A stretch of DNA of 33,652 nt from Collodictyon triciliatum. Lineage: Eukaryota. This document shows positions 1 to 9,266 of this stretch, one piece after another. Position 1 is the stretch's first letter. Each line of letters starts with the position of its first letter. The notes below the pieces were generated by a model. It worked only from the letters and a program-made list of their open reading frames with translations, made no database searches and had not been told where the DNA came from. A program made the translations under genes and the position numbers. Location: assembly GCA_043381765.1 (NCBI GenBank), contig JBHJMP010000901.1, forward strand, positions 1 through 33,652, given 5' to 3'.

Positions 1-98
1 AAAAACCATAAAAAACCATAAAAAACCATAAAAAACCATAAAAAACCATAAAAAACCATAAAAAACCATAAAAAACCATAAAAAACCATAAAAACCAT
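1..98. repeat. Tandem repeat (AAAAAACCAT)n, ~9.5 copies, running off the window start
   Basis: Perfect 10-bp unit aaaaaccata repeated from position 1 to ~98, decaying to aaaaacccat at 111-120. Confidence 0.95.
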
Positions 99-217
99 AG
101 TAAAACAAAAAAAAACCCATAAAGTTTAACATAGCTTGGATACCACACTAGGGCCTTGAGCGATAGCTACTCATTCACAACCCGCACCCAAGCAGATTTC
201 GTTGGGGTGACTCAGCC

Positions 218-2435
218 ATGCTCTGCTTCCACGGCCATTCGGGACCGTCTGGGGTTTTGCGCAGATTACTAAGCACAGTTCCGCAGAGGGTTCGAGGCAC
301 ACGCGACCTGCTTGGTTCTGACTGCAAATCCTGGGAGGCGGTTTTGAATGCTGCAAGCGATATGGCTTTGCGCTATGGTTACAACCGAGTTTGTCCACTT
401 ATCACGGCATCAGATATCACACACTGTTATCTACACGCACATTTTTTGTCTCTCTTCTTCTATATTTCCCTTCATTTCGTTTCATAACTTTATACCATTT
501 TGTCAGACGATTTAATTTTTTAAATTACAACGCATAATCATATTTTATCTAAAGCGACTTTAATGTCCTCGCATATAGCATTTTTAATTACATCTTTACC
601 GAGATTAATATCAGCATATCATAGTATACAAAACAAAGAAATTCTTACTATATTGTCTGTAGATTGAAACCCCAATCATTGAGGAATACGATCTCTTTTC
701 TCGTTCTCTGGGCGATACATCTGATGTGGTCCACAAGGAAATGTTCCGAATTGCAGATTCGTCTTCCACTATTGCAGCTGCATCTTTATCAACGCTTTGT
801 TTACGCCCAGAAAATACGGCAGGTGTAGCTCGAGCTTTCTCAGCGGCGTCACTTCACCACGAACTTCCACAGCGCCTATATTACTTCGGACCAATGTTTC
901 GCTATGAAAGACCACAAAAGGGGCGCTACCGCCAGGTTATTTTTTTCTTTAGCTTTGCCCTAGAATGTTAGAAACTCATAAATGCTCTATTTTTTTCTCA
1001 ACGACTTATTTTAAAAAGATGATTCAAATCATCGACATGTAATTTAGCTCATTATCTCGTCAACAATAGTTTACTCAATTTGGGGCTGAGTTCATCGGTT
1101 CAACTCTCCCCTTGGCTGAACTGGAAGTGATCAAGATGGCGCATGACTTGTTGAAAAAGCTGGGTATATCAGATCAAGTACATGTAAGACATTCTTTTTT
1201 TTTTCTCTTTCTATAAATAATTACATTTAAATGATACCTAATTTTTTATACCACATTCGTGAAAATAATTAATCTCGCACTCAATATTCTCATCTTACTT
1301 TCCCGATGAGTCACATCAAATATAAAACATTGTAATAATATCAAAGTTTTCTAGCGAGTCCTTTGCTTCAATTACTGTGTTTTTTTATATAGTTGAAGTT
1401 GAACACTCTCGGGGACCGGACATCAAGGTTGCTTTATAAAGAGTCCCTTGAAAAGTACCTCAGACCACACTCTTCCCGCTTGTCTTCTGATAGTCAAATG
1501 AGGTGACTGCAATATTTGTCTTTTTTATATTACAAAATTGATATTTTTTTATATTAAACAAACTTTCTCTTAGACTAGAAAGAGGAAGCATACTACGCAT
1601 TTTGGACTCAAAAGACCCCCGAGACAAAGAAATTCTCTCATCCGCACCTTCTCTGACAAATTTTCTATCTCAACCATGCACACAAAGATTCCTTGACGTC
1701 AAGCAACTCCTGCGGGAGTCAAACATTCCTTTCGAACTGGATTCACATCTTGTTCGTGGACTGGATTACTACACCGAAACGATTTTTGAGTATGTAGTTA
1801 ACGATGCAACAGGAGCGCAGAATGCAGTCATTGCAGGCGGAAGATACGATGATTTGATTGGAACAATTGGCGGTGGTCAAACATGTCCGGGAATAGGGCA
1901 AGCCGATTTTTTCGAAATGCACACACATACATATATATATCGATGTAAATTGAATAAGTCTATTTTAGATGTGTCCGTCCGTTCTTGTCCCATTTCCTTC
2001 ATTTCCCTTGATTCAAACATAAAGCTGGCTCTTTGTTATTTATTAAATGCTAGGTGGGCTGCCGGTGTCGAGAGACTTGTTCTACTTAGCCCGGCTGAAT
2101 CACTTTCTGCGGCTCCAATGAATATTCTTGTCTCTGCGGTCGATGGCGTCTCTGTTTTTGGGAAAGAAGAGCAGAAGGCGAGAGCTATTGCATCGCTGTT
2201 GAGAGAAAATGGATATTCTGTCATTACATATCCAGGCATGAATCTAAAGAAACAATTCCATAAGGCAAACACAAGAAAAGATACTCGCGCTGTTGTGTTA
2301 GTAAATAAGGAATGCGATTCCAACGCTGTGGAAAAAGTTGATGATATGACAGTCAGACATTTTATCACTGGAATGGAACACAAAACAACACTCGATAAAC
2401 TGTTGGGTGATTTGAAGAAGCTGCTGCACCCTTGA
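218..2435 (+). CDS. hisS: Histidyl-tRNA synthetase, bacterial-type, probably mitochondrial. Exons 218-388, 663-935, 1070-1183, 1393-1502, 1574-1897, 2054-2435
   Basis: Spliced translation has class IIa HisRS motifs: RGTRD, IETPIIE, LRPENTAGVARA, motif 2 FRYERPQKGRYRQFTQFGAE, LRILDSK, HisA LVRGLDYYT, HisB GGRYDDL, motif 3 GIGWAAGVERL, and a C-terminal anticodon-binding domain (LKKQFHKAN). The short Arg/Ser-rich N-terminus (VLRRLLST) resembles a presequence. Four GT-AG introns and one GC-AG intron keep the frame. Confidence 0.93.
1898..2053 (+). other. GC-AG spliceosomal intron (156 nt) in HisRS
   Basis: Donor GG|GCAAGC and acceptor TGCTAG|G. Removal joins CPGI-G-WAAGVERL and restores motif 3; the interior is low-complexity (ca/ta repeats). 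Confidence 0.85.
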
Positions 2436-2665
2436 TATCCCGACAATATATAAACTTCAACACAATATCATCACGAGCTTTCAGAGACAAAATAAGCTAA
2501 AATAAAACGAGTTACTGCGAGCATATTCTCACCATCATTCAGCCAAGAAATGATAGACAAATAATGAACATTCTACTTGTGCTTGAATGAGTATATTGAT
2601 GCATCTCGATAGGGTTTGTGAATGTTTATATAATTTTATTCATTACTCTCACTAGTTCTTAGCCG

Positions 2666-5600
2666 TCAAAACATCTCATCATCTTCGTCAAAAGCACAAA
2701 AGAGCTCCTCAGCCACAGCGAGTTCCCTTCATGAGGCACAATTTTTAATATTTTTTTAAGTAGTAAAAATGTAGAATACATACTACGTCTTTTTTTTTTT
2801 GCAGAACATTACATGTTGTTGCTATATATTATTGAGATTTCATAGATACCTTTCCATTTCTTGCCTCTTTACATGGTCTCGATGATATCCTAATATCCAT
2901 TCATGGAGTAAATCACAGGGTTCTGTAGAATTCCTATTCGCCAAGCAATTGGGTTATGCAAGCTTATACACCATACAGGATGTTGAGCCAAATTCACTTT
3001 ATTCTTCACTTAATCTTTTACAAATAGTATAAAAGCGAATGACTAACAAACGAGCATTACAACTCATCTATCACAATATTTTTTTATTTAATCAATCATC
3101 TTGTAAAAAAAGAAAAAGAAAAGACCTATCAGCGTATTTTAAAAAGGGTGGGTAGAGTTGTTCTAACCTCTTTTTTGCCTGGTGATTGAGAGCCAGATCT
3201 GCGTAAAATGAACTCGGTTGCTTATCATCAATTTTGTTATACTCCAACCAAACAGTGACTGCATCCATGTAGCTTCCAGTCTTGACAAGATGCAAACAGT
3301 AATTGTAATTGATTTCACAGTTCCCTGGCGGATTAGAGGCCAAATATTTATTTCTTCTCTTGACAGTAAAAATGAATGAATTCGTAAGTTAGAAATTAAA
3401 TAGAAAAATCAATCAACGCACCTTTGTGTTTCTCCCAACTTGCCCTTAAATGAGCGTCCCCAAGAACATCACCGATGGCCTTCAAACACAGAGACTTATT
3501 CAACAAGGTTCTGGCCTTAGCATAGGAAGAAAATTAAAAATAAACAGGGATGATGTTCTTATATCTGAAAATAATTCCATAATATGAATATGACGAGATG
3601 AATTTGTTTGTATCAATTAAATGGATAGATTGTACTGTCAGGAATATTTGAGAATACGGGTTTGATAGATCATATGAATGGTTTACCGATATTTCACTGC
3701 GGCATTGTTTGGATGTAAAAATGTTTATATTTGCATCGATTATTTTTGGAAGGATATGAGCCTTTTCTGCCCATATATTTCCACGAAAGCTTTCGCCCAC
3801 ATCCTCAACTTTCTCAATAATGTCCAATATCTCCAAAACACGTTCCAGCTTTTGCAAAGCATCTTGATAGCGAAAGAGTTGAATGAAAGCATCTGCCAAT
3901 AAAGTATGCGCCACCACATCGAAAGGATCATATCTGATTATGTAAAAAAAAAAGAAGTTATTTTGGATATTTAGGTGAATATCCTTTTCACTATGTGGGA
4001 ACCTTGTCTAGATAAGTCAAATAATTACTCTAATAAGCAGTTGCAGTAACGAATCGCTTCATCTGCACGCTGACAGCGCAGCAGGACAAATGCAAAGTCT
4101 CGAATAATTGTAACCTGCTTAGATAGAGTAAACGGAAGCAGAATCTACAGAGAAAATGATGTAAACTTTATCTAGTATTATTCCTGGCATCCAACTAAAC
4201 AATGATTCATTAAATTTCAACAATTTGACATCTCTTATAAAGGGGATGGGTTCATATAGCTTGAAGCTGGATTCTACCTGTTTCTCAGTTTGCTCTTCTT
4301 TCTCGTAACTTCCTGAGGGATTCTGAACACAATCAAATAGTGTCCGGTAGTGGTAGAGTGATGATTCCCATTCGCCTGCCTCTTGATAAACCACAGCACT
4401 AAGCAAATGCAGTTCACACATGGTTGGAATAGGATGGTGCTTTGACCTCTCAATTTCTCCGTTCGGTAGAATAAAGTATCTCGACGAAAGGCTGGGTTCA
4501 CTCAACAGCCTTGTGTGTGACTGAGGGAAGCGAGAAAGAGGAGTGAAAGAAAATCGGCTAAAATGGTTCTAGCAATAAACATGTCAAGGTTTTATAATGA
4601 TGCCAACATTTTTTATGCATAAAAGAAAAACCTGTAAAATTAATTCCACGATACTGGTGCACACTTTAACATTTTTGGCTGATTTGTATTCGTACAGAAT
4701 ATTATATAGGGGAATAATAAAGTTTGGGTTGGCCTATTGAAATATAATATTAACCGATTGTCATGTTTTCATTATTATTTCTTTTTCTTCATTTTTTTTA
4801 AGAAAGGTAATTGAGAATCATAAAAGTGTATCACATGTTAATGAAAGACCTTAATTGCCCTTTGATAGAGAGAAACAGCCTCCTTGGGCTCACCCTGCGT
4901 GATTGAGCCCTGTCAGGGATACAATTGATAAATAGATTTCGATCTGTTGACGCTATTTCTTACCTTGATTGATAATATCGCTCCGAGAATGTTGATTACT
5001 TCTGCTGTCCCGCCAACCTTTTGGTCATAATCTGAAAGCAAGACAGCACACATGTCATACTGTTCATAACTAAATGCCGAAATACCTGTTGATGTTCCAT
5101 GAGTGTGATTTGATTTAAATAATTAAAAATAAGATAAATTGCATATATGAAAAATTGTTCCTTTCCTAGGGCCAGATTTCTGGCTACACGAACTTAAAAA
5201 AATAATAAAGAAAAAAAAGAAGGGGTATTAGATGTTTACCTATGTTGAGGCGTACTCTGTACAACTCTGCGATGTTTTCTGGTACATATGTCAAGAATTG
5301 AAACACATTATAGTTTTTACTGCAAATAATCGACAGTAAGATGAGTGTCGCTTTTGATAAGTGCTGGCAGCCGAAAGTGGCTTGGGTGCACAATTCAACT
5401 ATCGGACTCAAATCCAAGATATCTGTTTGGGACAAACGCATCAAACTAATGATACATAGTGCCACGATATTTTCAATAATCGATAGTGCTGTATATGTGC
5501 TAGAGTCAGATGAATGCCCTCCCATCTTTTGGTAGATACAAAGGCACAGCATCTGCGACAGTTCGAGGGACTGAACAGAATAGTTCATATGGGACACTCT

Positions 5601-7265
5601 GATTCTGGGTGTCACACGCAAGAACATGGAGCGCAGTTTATGGTCTGAGGTGATGCAATCGATAAACTCTCTCATGACCACATCTAAACTGTAAGCATGG
5701 TTATCTTGTGCAGAGGCTAGCATCAGACAGGACAAGATAAAATGAAGCTTTGGGATTGTTCTGCAGCCAGTCATTTTTTCTACAGAATATATTATCAAGA
5801 ATTCAGACACACTGGGCCTTCTTAAACTCATGATATATATGTGTGTATCAGTAAATATTTGTTTGCAGAAAAAGCTGAACGCGAAGCAGCACCTCGCATC
5901 AAGTGAATCCCGGTTCGGGTGTCGGATTTTCCAAGCACCAACATATTTTGGGCTGACGGAGCCTGCATTGAGACCGAATTATGGGTTCATTAAGCTGCGA
6001 AGGGTGAATAATGCGGCTTATTTCAGATTTTCATAAAATCATGTGACGTGGTTGAGACATTCATACAGATGCATCCAAGGTAATTCTACAGGATTCGACT
6101 AGGAGACGTAGATCTCTCATATCCGCCAACGACATCAATAATGAAAGCTCTTATTGCGAAATTTCAAAGTTACAGGTTGTGTGGTTTTTTTTTTATTTTT
6201 TATTTTATTGATCTACACGTGCAAATGTGTTAATATGTTCATATGGATGATGCTGTTTTGATTTATAAATATAATGCGGCTGGGGAATGCATAAGATTAA
6301 TCTTTTTTTTTTTTTTTGTTGTTGTTGTTGTTGGTTTCTTTGATACCGTCAAGCGATATCAACTCCAAAGACTCCCGTGCTTGTTTGATACGACCGAGCT
6401 TGTAGAAGTGTGCTGCCCATTTCCATTGATTAAAATTCCCAGCGCATTTTAGAATCATATCCCTCTCCTCCACCGAAAGCTGGAGTTTTATAATAAAAAT
6501 AAAATAAAGGAATGGGATGATAGTTAGGTACATTCTCATAAATGAATTATTGTCCATGATAAAAATAAACAGTATTAGTGGTTTATCAACATGATACTGC
6601 AGAGAAAAGGACATGTAACGGCAGAAAAAACGAGAGGACAGCAGTTATATAAAATCATATAATTATTAACCATAAATGATAAACCATATGGTAGTATGAA
6701 ATATGAAATGTAAAATTATTTTAGCATTTTTCATAAATTAAAATACTAGAATGAAATATATTGTACCAAGGAGAAACAAAGAAACAAATGAACAAAGAAA
6801 CAAATGAACAAAAAAAACAAAGAAACAAAGAAACAAAGAAACAAAGAAACAAAGAAACAAAGAAACAAAGAAACAAAGAAACAAAGAAACAAAGAAACAA
6901 AGAAACAAAGAAACAAAGAAACAAACAACCTTCTCCACTCCTGCGAGCCATGCTTCCATTCTGAGGGCACCGTCTTGTGTAAAGAATTTTCCTATCCTTT
7001 CCTTTTCCTTACCTTGCAACAGCAAATACCGCAAAGAACCGGGACACTCGCTGTTCGCTTCTGAGTCCGACTGGTTTCCTGGCTGCCCAAGTTTTGCGAG
7101 AGACTCAAAGAGGCCGGTCACAAACAGAAGACTCTCGAATGAGCCGCACACAGAGCCGGAATCCTCGGCGTTCGCATCGGCTGACTTGTCGACATCAGCC
7201 CCGTACTCACTCGTCAGCCGAAGCCAATCGCTCCACAGGCGACGGAGTTGTGCGCAGGATTCCAT
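2666..7265 (-). CDS. Uncharacterised TPR-containing protein, ~800 aa, ~14 exons (approx. 7265-6930, 6479-6347, 6149-6067, ~5963-5894, ~5780-5240, 5085-4964, ~4894-4850, 4520-4167, 4114-4029, 3933-3687, 3515-3422, 3324-3125, 2933-2850, 2726-2666)
   Basis: Minus-strand ORF fragments join by frame-consistent GT-AG introns from MESCAQLRRLW to ...FDEDDEMF-TGA. TPR-like segments span the junctions: AEVINILGAILSIK|GEPKEAVSLYQRAIK, VVAHTLLADAFIQLFRYQDALQKLERVLE, INYNYCLHLVKTGSYMDAVTVW. Exons 4-5 and 8 have alternative possible boundaries, and the region could be two genes. Confidence 0.6.
6771..6926. repeat. Microsatellite (GAAACAAA)n in intron 1 of the TPR gene
   Basis: 8-bp unit repeated ~18 times with a few variants; it produces the spurious FLCFFVSL / NKETKKQR ORFs. 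Confidence 0.95.
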
Positions 7266-7320
7266 GTGTCTGGTCAAGAAACACACGCTAAAAAGCACAT
7301 TCTTCAAACAGAGGAACAAT

Positions 7321-7460
7321 AAAAGAAAAAGAGAAAAAAGAAAAAAGAAAAAAGAGAAGAAAAAAGAAAAAGAAAAAGAAAAAGAAAAAGAAAAAGAAAA
7401 AGAAAAAGAAAAAGAAAAAGAAAAAGAAAAAGAAAAAGAAAAGATAAAAAGATAAAAAGA
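7321..7460. repeat. Microsatellite (GAAAAA)n between the BBS18 stop and the TPR start
   Basis: Purine-rich tract with a perfect 6-bp unit from ~7365 to 7443. Confidence 0.95.
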
Positions 7461-7739
7461 GAAACAGAAAGAAGAGTATGCGAAAGAGAAATAAGAAAAT
7501 GATATGTGAGAGAACAGCAAATAGAAAAGTCCAATACGCTGCCGATTCCTACCAAGTGGGTACATGAAATGAAATCCGAGAACGAGGTATTCTGTTGTTT
7601 ATTCGCAGAGGATTCTACAGCAAGGGAAGAAAGGCATATGGAGAAAGAGAAAAGAGGGAGAGAGAGAGAGAGAGAGAGGAAGCGAAAGCCGGTGATGAGG
7701 AACAGTTGCCCAGTGTTTCTTTGTGCTTGGGATGGAAGC

Positions 7740-8537
7740 TTAGTCCACGTTCTGAAGCGGATCGATTGTTTGGGACTGGGCGTATTGGTTCACGGCGTTG
7801 GCGGCATCTTTGGCCATCTGCTCGATCTTTTCGATAGAGACGGACTTGAGAGGCATTATCTTTGGCTTGCACAGGATCTCGTTCAGGTTGGCCTTTTCAG
7901 AGAAGACCAGACCAGCCTTGATGTCGGTTTTTGGGAGCGAAGAGAGAGGCAGAATAATCGAGACGGACAAAAAACAAAAAAGAGAAAAAGAGAAAAAGAG
8001 AAAAAAAGAGAAAAAAAGAGAAAAAGCAAAAGGAAAAAGAAAAAGAAAAGAAAAATGAAGAGAGTGAGCATATTGCGTGTAGTCAACATTCTTTTAATAT
8101 TTTGCTCTGTTCTATTCACGTTTTGTGGATCGTTAGATGTGGTTAGCCGTTATGATCAGCAAACCTTGGGAAGAACTTCGCGGAAGCCACTGGAATCTCG
8201 CAATGCAGGGCCCTGGGTGTATCAAAGGAAGGTAAACTTCTCTACTCAATTTTGTGGCATGGAAATAAATCAAATCGAAAAATCGAAAAACCGAAAGCAA
8301 AAAGCAAAAAGCAAAAAGCAAAAAGCAAAAAGCAAAAAGCAAAAAGCAAAAAGCAAAAAGCAAAAAGCAAAAAGCAAAAAGCAAAAAGCAAAAAGCAATA
8401 AACAAAAACACAAAAACAAAAACAAAAACAAAGACAAAACAAAGTTAAATTATAATTAAGCCCTCACGTTTCAATAGTGTAAGGCTTCAGATCTTTAGCC
8501 TTAGTAAAACTCTTACCTTCCCAGACGTATCAGCCAT
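7740..8537 (-). CDS. BBIP1: BBSome subunit BBS18 / BBIP1 (BBIP10), 81 aa; exons 8537-8517, 8212-8165, 7916-7740
   Basis: Spliced product MADTSGK|GPALRDSSGFREVLPK|AGLVFSEKANLNEILCKPKIMPLKSVSIEKIEQMAKDAANAVNQYAQSQTIDPLQNVD*. It matches the BBIP10 signature I recall from human BBIP1 (FREVLPKxG...LCKPKxxPLKSxxxEKxExM). Donors AAG|GTAAGA and AAG|GTTTGC, acceptors CCCAG and TCAAG, all phase 0. Confidence 0.9.
8294..8398. repeat. Microsatellite (GCAAAAA)n in BBS18 intron 1
   Basis: 7-bp unit repeated ~14 times, followed by a degenerate (CAAAAA)n tract. Confidence 0.95.
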
Positions 8538-9266
8538 ATTCTTTGAGTTCTCGACCGTGTGTTCCGATTCTGGTTTCTGGCGCTGTGTGCAGTCTGGCTT
8601 TGTTTTTGCTTTGGATCGAGAGTGCGCGAATTGTGCGAATTTCATACAAACAGTTGCATTTGGTTTGGTGTATTATGTACCGTAAAACTTACACGGACGA
8701 ATGGAATCCAGATTAATTTATCCAGGAATTTCCAGTTTGGGATATTTCAACGGAAAAGCCGTTACTAAGGCGACAGAAAATTCAGTGAAAACCAGAAATT
8801 CAAAATAAATCGAAATAAATCGTGATAAATCGAAATAAATCAAAATATGTCGTGATCCCGAACCGAGATCAATCACTATAGAAGAAAAAGAGATCAGTAG
8901 AGTTGCATCGAATTAGTGTCAAGGAAAGGCTGAAGAACTTATGAGACCACCCACCTGACCGCCATCTTAATAAACCCAAGGAATTTGCCCCTGAAAGAAT
9001 CCACCAAAACTTGCCAAACCCCGTCCACTCTCCCAGATCGCGAAGCAAAGGCCGCCTTTTTTTTTTTTTTTTAAAAAAAAAACAAAAACAAAAAACAAGC
9101 TCCTTCCATTTCTGCGCTCGTCACTAACAGGGTTTGTTGCTCTTTGGCTGATTCGAAACAAAGTTTCTCACTCCCTCCATTTGGCTCCATAGTCACGCCC
9201 GATCCCTTGTTCTGCACCTTTTTTTTTCCCAAGCGATACTCAACCTCTTACCCTCCAGACTTGACT
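8538..9266. promoter_or_regulatory. Divergent (bidirectional) promoter region shared by BBS18 and the dynein heavy chain
   Basis: ATGs at 8537 (-) and 9267 (+) point away from each other, with no credible ORF between them. Confidence 0.75.
8761..8774. promoter_or_regulatory. Candidate RFX-binding X-box GTTACTAAGGCGAC
   Basis: 14-bp imperfect palindrome fitting GTYRCY-NN-RGYRAC on both strands (reverse complement GTCGCCTTAGTAAC); ~225 bp from the BBS18 ATG and ~490 bp from the dynein ATG. Confidence 0.55.

Noticed and set aside
3979-3988. ATATCCTTTT, a U12-type (AT-AC) 5' splice-site look-alike
   Set aside because: It is on the + strand inside an intron of a minus-strand gene, and no plus-strand gene is present here.
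6532-6596. Apparent extra exon (YHVDKPLILF...) in TPR intron 1
   Set aside because: Including it breaks the frame with the next exon; direct 6930-to-6479 splicing is in phase.
6721-8459. Many long overlapping ORFs (e.g. 7506-8459 + 317 aa; FLCFFVSL, KEKEKE and KQKAKS repeats)
   Set aside because: They arise from stop-free microsatellites and are antisense to, or in introns of, the real BBS18 and TPR genes.
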